Positions 30,880-39,100 of a DNA stretch of 64,000 nucleotides are shown piece after piece (the first letter of the stretch is position 1; every line of letters starts with the position of its first letter). The notes under the pieces were generated by a model that ran no database searches, had not been told where the DNA came from, and worked only from the letters and a program-made list of their open reading frames with translations. The stretch spans positions 2,368,001 through 2,432,000 of the forward strand of contig OZ245006.1 in NCBI GenBank assembly GCA_965223545.1, given 5' to 3'. The DNA is from Planctomycetota bacterium (GTDB lineage: Bacteria > Planctomycetota > UBA1135 > UBA2386). The position numbers were made by a program, and so were the translations under genes.

Positions 30880-32706
30880 ATGTCCGACGCCACCGCTCTC
30901 CGCATTCTGTTGATCGGCTCCCTGCTCGGCGTCGTCGCCTTCGCGGGCCTCGCCTTCGTCGCGCGCGAGCCAGGTCTTGGCACGAGTTCGCCCTCGCCGC
31001 GCGCGCAGCCGGCGCCCCTGGCGACTTCCAACGACGACGAGAGTGGCCAGCCCGAGGCTGGCGGGCCGCGGGCGGAAGCAGACCGCGCCGGCACGGTACC
31101 GGCACCGGATCCCGCAAACGACGATCCTCCTCCAGTGGCAGCTCCGGAGGGAGTCGACGACCAAACGGCGAGCCACTTGGCTCCGATCACGTCCGAACCA
31201 CCGCCAGCCATGCCGCCTCCGTTGGCCGCGACTCCCGCCGCGCGGGAAGTCCGCCAACGGGAGAACTCGACCGCCAGCGTCGGCATCAACCTGGCAGAGT
31301 TGACCTTCTACTCCACCGAGTACCCCTTCGTGGACGCGTTCAAGCTGTCCGCTCCGTTCCTGCACCAGGCCGATGGGCGCTGGACGGTGGAGACACCGAT
31401 GGAGCTGCGCAACGACGGCTATCCCGCGCGGCTCGCCGCCGGCCATTTCGCCGGCACGCTCATCTTTCGCGACATCGACCAGTTCCCCAGCGGCACCTAC
31501 ACCTGCCTGTACGACGGCGAGGGCGACATCGAGTTCGACTACGCGGCGCAGGTGCTCGAGCGCGCGCCCGGCCGCATCAAAGTCGCGGTGCGTAACGATC
31601 CGGGCGGCATCTACTTGACGATCCGACGCACCGACCCCGAGGACCCGGTGCGCAACATCCGCTTGTTGATGCCCGGGATCGAGAGTGAAGAGCCCGACGC
31701 GCCGTTTCACCCCGACTTCCTCGACCGGTGGCGTGGCGTGTCGACCCTGCGCTTCATGGATTGGATGCGCACCAACGACTCGAACACGGTCACCTGGGAC
31801 GAACGCACCCGGCCGGACGGACAGACTCAAGCGGGGCCGCGCGGCGTCGCACCGGAGTACATCGCGCAGCTGTGCAACACGCTCGACGCCGACGCATGGG
31901 TCTGCATCCCGCACCGCGCCAACGACGGTTACGTGCGCGGTCTCGCCGAGCTGCTGGCAGAACAGCTCGAGCCGCAACGCAAGGTCTACCTGGAGTACAG
32001 CAACGAGACCTGGAACAACCAGTTCAGCCAGGCCCAGTGGTGTCGCGAGCAGGGGATGAAGCTGGCGCTCAGCCACGATCCGTTCGTCGCACAGCTCAGC
32101 TACCACAGCCGTCGAGCAGTCGAGATCTTCGCCGTATTCGGCGAGGCGTTTCCTCGCGCGCGCACGGTGCGGGTGCTCGCCGCCCAGAGCGGCAACCCGT
32201 GGACCGGCGAGCAGATTCTCGGGCACGAGGACGCCCACCGCTACGCCGACGCGCTCGCCATCGCACCGTACTTCGGCCTCGATGTCGGCGACATGGAGCG
32301 CGCGCGCAGCATCGCCCGGCTATCGGTCGGCGAGGTCCTCGACCGCTGCGCGCGGCAGATCGAACGCACGCTCACGCACGCGCGCGACCACCATCGGCAC
32401 GCGCGACGCCACCGGCTCGCGCTGCTCGCCTACGAAGGCGGCCAGCACCTCGTGGGCCACGGCGGCGCCGAGAACCACGAACCGCTGGCGACGCTGTTTC
32501 AGGCGGCCAACCGACATGCCCGCATGGGCGATCTCTACCAGCGCTACATCGTCGAATGGCGCGCGCTCGGCGGCGGTGCGCTCTGCTTGTTCAACTCCAC
32601 CGGCAGCTACTCCAAGTGGGGTTCGTGGGGTCTCTGCGAGCATTACGGGCCGGACTCGGCCGAGTCGCCCAAGTTCCGCGCGGTGTCGCGGTTCTTGCCG
32701 CGGTAG
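30880..32706 (+). CDS. Membrane-anchored putative glycoside hydrolase (so-called cellulose-binding domain protein family)
   Basis: N-terminal TM and Pro-rich linker; GINL, PFVD.FK, LRFMDW, VYLEYSNETWN, AYEGGQHL, WGSWG. Confidence 0.65.
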   Translation: MSDATALRILLIGSLLGVVAFAGLAFVAREPGLGTSSPSPRAQPAPLATSNDDESGQPEAGGPRAEADRAGTVPAPDPANDDPPPVAAPEGVDDQTASHLAPITSEPPPAMPPPLAATPAAREVRQRENSTASVGINLAELTFYSTEYPFVDAFKLSAPFLHQADGRWTVETPMELRNDGYPARLAAGHFAGTLIFRDIDQFPSGTYTCLYDGEGDIEFDYAAQVLERAPGRIKVAVRNDPGGIYLTIRRTDPEDPVRNIRLLMPGIESEEPDAPFHPDFLDRWRGVSTLRFMDWMRTNDSNTVTWDERTRPDGQTQAGPRGVAPEYIAQLCNTLDADAWVCIPHRANDGYVRGLAELLAEQLEPQRKVYLEYSNETWNNQFSQAQWCREQGMKLALSHDPFVAQLSYHSRRAVEIFAVFGEAFPRARTVRVLAAQSGNPWTGEQILGHEDAHRYADALAIAPYFGLDVGDMERARSIARLSVGEVLDRCARQIERTLTHARDHHRHARRHRLALLAYEGGQHLVGHGGAENHEPLATLFQAANRHARMGDLYQRYIVEWRALGGGALCLFNSTGSYSKWGSWGLCEHYGPDSAESPKFRAVSRFLPR

Positions 32707-32719
32707 AGCGAGCTGACGG

Positions 32720-33364
32720 TCACGGCTTGAACGTGCGGCCACCCCACGCGCCGGCGCGGACCGTCGGCGCGTTGACCGCCTGCACGACCCAGACGCCGTC
32801 CGGATACCGGTCGACGGTGGTCAACCCGCCGTGGCCGGTCATTAGGTTGAGCGAAGCCGCGCCACCGATGCCGAGCACGCGGGCGACCACCACGCGCATC
32901 ACCTGCGCGTGACAGACGGCGAGGACCTGCTGCGCTCGGTGGCGGTCCGCGATCTCGGCGAGCGCCGGCATGGCGCGGTCGGCGAGCTGCACGTGGTTCT
33001 CACCGCCATGCTCGCGGTAGTGGTCGGGGTCCTCGAGATAGCGCTGCATACCGTCCGACCAGCGCTCGTCGACCTGGGCCGGAGTCAGCCCGACCCATTC
33101 TCCCCGATCGATCTCCCGCAGACGGGGATCCTGCTGCACGGACAGGCCGTGCGGGGCGGCGATGCGCCGCGCTCCATCGACCGCGCGGACCAGGTCCGAC
33201 GCGTAGACCGCGGCCAGCGGAAGGTGGGCGAGCTCGGTGGCGAGGACATCGAAGCGCCGCCGACCCTCCGGCGCCAGCGGGACGTCCTGCGCGCCGTAGA
33301 TGCGGCCGTGCCAGGCGGCGTCGACCTCGCCGTGCCGACACAGGTGAATGCGGGCCACTTGCAT
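32720..33364 (-). CDS. Histidine phosphatase (phosphoglycerate mutase family)
   Basis: LCRHGE, ASDLVRA, LREIDRGEW.G, GGE, VCH. Confidence 0.88.
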   Translation of the reverse strand: MQVARIHLCRHGEVDAAWHGRIYGAQDVPLAPEGRRRFDVLATELAHLPLAAVYASDLVRAVDGARRIAAPHGLSVQQDPRLREIDRGEWVGLTPAQVDERWSDGMQRYLEDPDHYREHGGENHVQLADRAMPALAEIADRHRAQQVLAVCHAQVMRVVVARVLGIGGAASLNLMTGHGGLTTVDRYPDGVWVVQAVNAPTVRAGAWGGRTFKP

Positions 33365-33460
33365 GCCGCCATATGTATTCTGCGCCGGGCTCGGACGGGA
33401 GAGGTGGATTGCGCAGCCGAGCGGTTGCCTCCGTCCAGCCGATGCGCTCACTTCGACGAC

Positions 33461-34174
33461 ATGCGAAGGCTCCTGTTGATCAGCAACTCCACGCAGCACG
33501 GCGGCGGCTATCTGGAGCACTGTGCGGCCACGATTCAGGAGTTCCTCGCCCCGGGCAGCAGCGTCGCGTTCGTGCCGTTCGCGCTGGCCGACCACGACGC
33601 GTACACGGCGGCGGCGCGCGGCGCCTACGAGAGCATGGGTTACACCCTGCGCTCTGTCCACGATGGCGATGGCCGCACGGTGGTGGACGCCGCCGACGCG
33701 GTGTTCATCGGCGGTGGCAATACCTTCCGGTTGCTGGAGGCGCTCTACGAGCGCGGCCTGTTCGAAGCCATCCGCGCGCGCGCGCGGCAGGGCATGCCGT
33801 ACATCGGGACCAGCGCCGGCAGCAACGTCGCCTGTCTGTCGATCAAGACGACGAACGACATGCCCATCGTCTACCCGCGGACCTTCGACGCGCTCGCGCT
33901 GGTGCCCTTCAACCTCAACCCGCACTATCTCGATCCGGCGACAGACTCCACCCACATGGGCGAGAGCCGCGAGACCCGGATCCGCGAGTTCCACGAGGAG
34001 AATGCGCCGCCGGTACTCGGCCTGCGCGAGGGTGGCATGCTGCGGGTCGAGGCGGGGACGATGACGCTGCTGGGGCCCCACGCGCTTCGGCTATTCCGCC
34101 GTGGAGAAACAGCGGTCGAGGTCCCGTCGGGCACGGATCTCAGCGCACTGTTGTCAGAAGCGACACCGGAGTGA
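33461..34174 (+). CDS. pepE: Dipeptidase E (peptidase S51)
   Basis: LLLISNS, FIGGGNTFRL, YIGTSAGSN, TTNDMPI, NPHY, HMGESRETRI.EF. Confidence 0.95.
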   Translation: MRRLLLISNSTQHGGGYLEHCAATIQEFLAPGSSVAFVPFALADHDAYTAAARGAYESMGYTLRSVHDGDGRTVVDAADAVFIGGGNTFRLLEALYERGLFEAIRARARQGMPYIGTSAGSNVACLSIKTTNDMPIVYPRTFDALALVPFNLNPHYLDPATDSTHMGESRETRIREFHEENAPPVLGLREGGMLRVEAGTMTLLGPHALRLFRRGETAVEVPSGTDLSALLSEATPE

Positions 34175-34178
34175 CGCC

Positions 34179-34202
34179 GTCCCCGCGGGCGGGGGACTTT
34201 TT
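34179..34202 (+). terminator. Probable intrinsic terminator after pepE
   Basis: GTCCCC-N7-GGGGAC followed by TTTTT. Confidence 0.5.
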
Positions 34203-34309
34203 CTGCTCGCGACTGAACCATCGCCGGGGCCGTACCGTTGGCTGACGAGGCGACTGCCAACCGGGAGGGTTGCGCGCGCCCTCAACCCGCAAAGGAACCA
34301 GCTCGAGCC

Positions 34310-35788
34310 ATGCCCGCGACCATCATCAAGGCCGCGCTCTCGGTCACTTGTGCAACCCTCGTCCCGTTGCTCCTGGCGACGGGGATCGTGGCACAGAGGC
34401 GGAGCGCCCCGGCGACCCCACCGACATCGATCACCGTCAACGACCGCTTCGTCTACGTCCTGCGGGGCGAACGGCTGTTCCAGTTCGACGCCACGACACT
34501 GCGGTTGGTCAACCAGACGATGCTGCCGGCCGGCGACCCGCCGCTGCCCGCCCTCGAGCTGGCGGAAGCAGAAGAGCCCGAGGAAATCGAAGAGACCGAG
34601 GCGATCGAGACCGAGGAGCCCGTGCTACAGGACGCGGAGATCGCGGACGAGTTCGGCGCGGCGGTCGGTCGCGGCGGTGGTGCCGGCGGCAAGTTTGGCG
34701 GTCGCGGCGGCGGCCGGGCGCGCCTCGAAGTCAAGGGCGGCGCCAAGAGCGCCGGCGCGATCCGCGCCGGCCTGGAATGGCTCAAGAGCCACCAGAGCGA
34801 GGATGGACGTTGGGACGCCGATGGCTTCATGCAGGCGGACCGCGCCGGCGAACCCTCGGATGGCCCCGGCCTCGCGCATCAGGACGTGGGCATCACCGGC
34901 TTGGCCCTGCTGGCATTCCTCGGCGACGGCTCGACGCTGCGCTCGGGGCCGTACAAGCCGCAGGTCGCCAAGGGCGTGCGGTGGCTGATGAACCAACAAC
35001 AGGACAACGGCCTGATCGGCTCCGATCGGTCGCACGACTTCATCTACGGCCACGCGATCGCCACCTTGGCGCTGGTCGAGGCCTATGGGTTGTCCGACAT
35101 CAAGATGCTGCGCAAGTATGCGCAGAGCGCGATCAACTACCTCGAGGCGCACCGCAACCCATACGGGGTCTGGCGCTACCAGCCCCGCGACAACGACAAC
35201 GACACTTCGGTGACCGGTTGGTGCCTGATGGCGTACAAGTCCGCGCAGGACTTCAAGCTCGAGGTCAACGAGCAGGCGTTCGTCATCGCGCGCACCTGGC
35301 TCGACCAGATCACCGACCCGGCCACGGGCCGCGCCGGCTACACCCGCCGGGGCGAGCCGTCGTCCCGCAACGCCGGAGACCACGCCGAGCGTTTCCCGTC
35401 GGACCGCGGTGAGGCGATGACCGCTGTCGCGCTGCTCTCTCGCTTTTTCCTCGGCCAGCGCCCGTCGGAAACCCCGGTGATGATCAAGGGCGCCGACCTG
35501 ATCGCAGCCAAGAAGCCGGAGTGGAACGAGGACAACGGCGCGATCGACCACTACTACTGGTACTTCGGCACCTACGCGATGTACCAGATGGGCAAGAAGC
35601 ACTGGCAGGACTGGGCCAAGACCCTGCAAGCCGCGGTCGTCGACCGACAACGCCGTGACGGCAACGCGGCCGGGTCTTGGGACCCCGTCGGGGCGTGGGG
35701 CGAGGTCGGCGGACGTGTCTACTCGACCGCCCTCATGGTGCTCACGCTCGAGGCGTACTACCGCTACACACGCGTGTTCGTCCGCTGA
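34310..35788 (+). CDS. Secreted prenyltransferase/squalene-cyclase-like (alpha/alpha toroid, QW-repeat) protein
   Basis: GLEWLKSHQSEDGRW, TGLALLAFLG, WLMNQQQDNG, WRYQP..DTSVTGW, YYWYFGT, GGRVYSTA; no DxDD motif seen. Confidence 0.8.
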   Translation: MPATIIKAALSVTCATLVPLLLATGIVAQRRSAPATPPTSITVNDRFVYVLRGERLFQFDATTLRLVNQTMLPAGDPPLPALELAEAEEPEEIEETEAIETEEPVLQDAEIADEFGAAVGRGGGAGGKFGGRGGGRARLEVKGGAKSAGAIRAGLEWLKSHQSEDGRWDADGFMQADRAGEPSDGPGLAHQDVGITGLALLAFLGDGSTLRSGPYKPQVAKGVRWLMNQQQDNGLIGSDRSHDFIYGHAIATLALVEAYGLSDIKMLRKYAQSAINYLEAHRNPYGVWRYQPRDNDNDTSVTGWCLMAYKSAQDFKLEVNEQAFVIARTWLDQITDPATGRAGYTRRGEPSSRNAGDHAERFPSDRGEAMTAVALLSRFFLGQRPSETPVMIKGADLIAAKKPEWNEDNGAIDHYYWYFGTYAMYQMGKKHWQDWAKTLQAAVVDRQRRDGNAAGSWDPVGAWGEVGGRVYSTALMVLTLEAYYRYTRVFVR

Positions 35789-35887
35789 GGCCGGCGACCC
35801 CGCCAGACGGCGGGGAGCGGTAGCGAGAAAAACGAGCCGGACTCGGTACGTTCGGTTGTTGGCGGGGGGGCTACGCTGCCGGCCCCC

Positions 35888-36799
35888 GTGGGTCCTCAAG
35901 CCGAGACGATCGCCGAGCGCCGCCGTGTGCAGGGGCACCTCGCGTTGGTCGCGGTGCAGCTGTGTTTCGGCTTGTTCCCACTCCTCGGCAAGTGGGCGTT
36001 CGCCAGCTTCGAGCCGAGCGCGGTCGCCGCTTGGCGGCTGTGTGCGGGGTCCGCGGCGTTCGCCGCCATCGCGGTCCTGCGCTACGGCCGCAATGTCGTA
36101 CCCGCTCCGAGTGATCTGCCGCGCCTCGCGGTGTGCGGCTGGCTCGGCATCGCGCTCAACCAAGCGCTCTACCTCGAGGGGTTGCAGCGCTCCACCGCTC
36201 TGCACGCGGGCCTGCTGATCCTCTTGATCCCGGTCTTCACTACCGCGATCGCCGTGGCCCTGCGGCAGGAGAAGTTCGAGGCACGGCGCGCCGCCGGCAT
36301 CGCGCTGGCGTTCGCCGGCGCGGTCGTCCTCGTCGCACGCGGCGCCACCGACTCACTGTCGCTCGAACCCGGAGTGGGCAACCTGCTGCTGGTGGCCAAC
36401 GCGCTCGCCTACTCGTTCTACCTGGTGCTGTCGCGGCCCCTCCTGCAGCGCTACTCGGCACTCGTCGTGATTCTCTGGGCCTACGTGCTGTCGCTGCCGA
36501 TCCTGCCGTGGTTGATGTGGGACGCCGAATGGGCACCGGACAGCGCCGAACCACGCCACTGGCTCTCGCTCGGTTTGATCCTGCTGTTCCCCACGGTGCT
36601 CGGCTACTTGCTCAACCTGTACGCCCTGGCCCGGGTCACCGCCTCGACCACCGCGGTCTACGTCTTCGCCCAGCCGCTCATCGCCGGTCTCGCCGGGGTA
36701 CTTCTGCTCGGCGAGCGTTTCGACGGCAACACGGCGGTGGCGAGCGGCGCGATCCTCGGCGGTCTCGCCCTCGTGATCCGCCGCCGCCGCGGAAACTAA
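35888..36799 (+). CDS. DMT/EamA family transporter
   Basis: About 10 TM in two repeats; NQALYLEGL..ST, QPLIA...LLGE. Confidence 0.9.
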   Translation: MGPQAETIAERRRVQGHLALVAVQLCFGLFPLLGKWAFASFEPSAVAAWRLCAGSAAFAAIAVLRYGRNVVPAPSDLPRLAVCGWLGIALNQALYLEGLQRSTALHAGLLILLIPVFTTAIAVALRQEKFEARRAAGIALAFAGAVVLVARGATDSLSLEPGVGNLLLVANALAYSFYLVLSRPLLQRYSALVVILWAYVLSLPILPWLMWDAEWAPDSAEPRHWLSLGLILLFPTVLGYLLNLYALARVTASTTAVYVFAQPLIAGLAGVLLLGERFDGNTAVASGAILGGLALVIRRRRGN

Positions 36800-36808
36800 C
36801 GGCGTGAT

Positions 36809-38218
36809 TCAGAAGTCCAGCCGCAGCTCGGCGTGCACGTTGGTGTTGTCGGGAAACAACGCGAAGAACCCCGGCTCGTCACGCGCCACGTCGAACCACT
36901 GCACGCCGACCTGCAGAGCCAAGTCCTCGTGCACGAACCGCAGCTGACGCTGAGAGAGAGCCTCGACGATGTACTCCTGCTTGCCGAAGTCCAGCAGCCC
37001 GCGAAGCTCGACGCTGCTGCGCGCGAAGTCGTTGGCCTCCCAGAACAACCGCAACACGAGGTCCTCGTCGAACGGCCGAAAGCGCGCCATGGCGTCGTGC
37101 GCGCCGTGCTCACCGACCCATTCGGCAGTGACCGTGAGCTGGTCCTGGGCCGCGAACACGCTCGGAAACAACCTGTCGAAGCCGACCGCGTACTGGGTGT
37201 AGCCATCGGGCAGCTGCGTGGGCCGGCCGTCGAGGCGGTACGGCTGGGTGTGTGCCACCTCGAGCTTGACCGTGAACTCGTCGGCCCAGTCGAAGTCCGG
37301 CACCGCACGAAAACCACCGCCTAGCACCGTCGCCCCGAAATACACCGGCACCAGCTCGGTGCCCGAGCGGCGGAACTCGAACGCGGGAAAGCGCTGCGGG
37401 CCGCGCACGGCGATCAGCTGCAGATCGGCGTTGGCCCAGGCGGTGTCGAGCGTCGCCTGCGCGCGCACCGCCAGCAGCGCGTTGTCGGCGCCCCGCGGAG
37501 TCTCCGACTGTTCTTCCGCCAGTCGCGTGCCGGCGCGCGCGAACGTGAACCGCCCGCGCGGCGTCGGCAACTCGGCCTCCTGGAACACCGGCATCGCGTA
37601 CAGCGACACCATCGGCTCGCCGAGTGTGGCACCACCCTCGAACCAGAGGCGGCCGCGCGCACCGAACTCGCCGAGACGCTGCAGATCGAGCGGGTCGGTG
37701 GCGAGATCGCGGCGGTTGAGGACATCGAGCGGCTGGAACGTGTCGGCGATACCCCAGCTCTCGAGGAGGATGCCGGCGCGCAGATCGAAGCGTTGCCCCT
37801 CCCAAGTGACGTGCATCTCGAGCGGGTCGGTGCGCACCAAGTCCTGATCGAGCGCATCGATCAAGAACCGCGGGCGGTAGAACGCGCTCACCGCCTCGTT
37901 CCAGCGCACGCCAAGCTCCAGTTGGAGCTCGGAAATCCAGCGGTCGTCCTCGAGACCCCGGCCCCGCTGCCGCACGAAGCTGCGCCAGCGGGACGACAAG
38001 AACCCGCGCAACACCGTCAGCCGCAGGCCATCCACGCCGCCCTCCGGGCCTCCGCCCAGCTCGCCGCCGACGTCCAACTCGTCCAGCGCGGCAAGCTCGT
38101 CGGCGTCCAGCTCGTCGAGCCCGATCAAATCGTCGACCGACTCCGGCTCGACGGCGACGGGCTCTTGCGCCGCCAGGCAGCCGGCAACAACGAGCACCGC
38201 GACGCGCGCGCGGATCAC
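36809..38218 (-). CDS. Putative outer-membrane beta-barrel protein (DUF1302-like)
   Basis: Signal peptide; DLRAG...SWGIAD.F.PLDVLN motif; alternating beta pattern; terminal Phe (LRLDF). Confidence 0.65.
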   Translation of the reverse strand: MIRARVAVLVVAGCLAAQEPVAVEPESVDDLIGLDELDADELAALDELDVGGELGGGPEGGVDGLRLTVLRGFLSSRWRSFVRQRGRGLEDDRWISELQLELGVRWNEAVSAFYRPRFLIDALDQDLVRTDPLEMHVTWEGQRFDLRAGILLESWGIADTFQPLDVLNRRDLATDPLDLQRLGEFGARGRLWFEGGATLGEPMVSLYAMPVFQEAELPTPRGRFTFARAGTRLAEEQSETPRGADNALLAVRAQATLDTAWANADLQLIAVRGPQRFPAFEFRRSGTELVPVYFGATVLGGGFRAVPDFDWADEFTVKLEVAHTQPYRLDGRPTQLPDGYTQYAVGFDRLFPSVFAAQDQLTVTAEWVGEHGAHDAMARFRPFDEDLVLRLFWEANDFARSSVELRGLLDFGKQEYIVEALSQRQLRFVHEDLALQVGVQWFDVARDEPGFFALFPDNTNVHAELRLDF

Positions 38219-39087
38219 TGGCCGCGGCTCAGCGCCCGGGTAGTGAAGTCCTCATCGGTGAGGTTGCGCCGCGGCTCGCCACTTCGCGACTTGTAGCGGC
38301 TGAGATCGAGCAACTGGGCGCGGATCTCCAACACCGTCCGCTTCTTGGTCTGGGCGTTGTCCATCGACAACTGCTTCGCCCGCCAGAAGCGGCCGTGCAG
38401 ATGCTCCCACTCACCGAAGCGCAACACCTTCAGCAGGGTGCCCGCCCTGTCGTAGAAGTCGATCCGCTCCTGACGCCAATGCTCCCGATGCAGGTAGACG
38501 ACGAGCTTGGAGTAGCCGCTGTCGGGATCGCGTGGCACCGCCTCCACGACGTAGACCGGCGCGGGCTCGCCATCCCGATCGAGCGCGCGCTCTTCGACGA
38601 ACCGCCAGTCGTACTTGTCGACGATTCGGTTGGACAGATCCTCGTAGGTGAACTCGGTGCCCTGAAAGCTCGCGGTCTTGTTGGCGCCCGAGATCCGGCG
38701 CACGCGCTTCGTCGCAGGTAGGTACAACCAGCTGTCGTCGGTCGCGTCCGGGTGCTCGTGGGTCAGCGCGGCGACGCCCTTGACCTCGGCCGGCGACCGA
38801 AAGCGAACGATCGACTTGTCGCCGTCCGCCCCCTCGAGGATGAGCTGCACGACGGCGCGCTGCACCGAATCGCCGCCCGCGTCGTACAGCGTCATCACGC
38901 TGCTGGCGTAGCTGTCGCGCCAACCGCTGTCGAATCGATCGGCATAGTCGGCGAGCTGCCGGCCGAACACCGTCGCATCACCCCGCTCGAACTCCGGCAG
39001 CGGCGGCACGGCGGTGGCGTCGCCCTGGCCCGGGAGAGCACCGGCGGCGACGACAACACAAGAAATCACGGCGGCAAACGATCGCAT
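38215..39087 (-). CDS. Outer-membrane lipoprotein-sorting (LolA-like) protein
   Basis: F.SPAEVKG.A.L, DDSWLYLPATKRVRRIS...SFQGTEFTYEDL, SGYSK, FYDRAG.LLK. Confidence 0.88.
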   Translation of the reverse strand: MRSFAAVISCVVVAAGALPGQGDATAVPPLPEFERGDATVFGRQLADYADRFDSGWRDSYASSVMTLYDAGGDSVQRAVVQLILEGADGDKSIVRFRSPAEVKGVAALTHEHPDATDDSWLYLPATKRVRRISGANKTASFQGTEFTYEDLSNRIVDKYDWRFVEERALDRDGEPAPVYVVEAVPRDPDSGYSKLVVYLHREHWRQERIDFYDRAGTLLKVLRFGEWEHLHGRFWRAKQLSMDNAQTKKRTVLEIRAQLLDLSRYKSRSGEPRRNLTDEDFTTRALSRGQ

Positions 39088-39100
39088 GACGACCGCCAGG

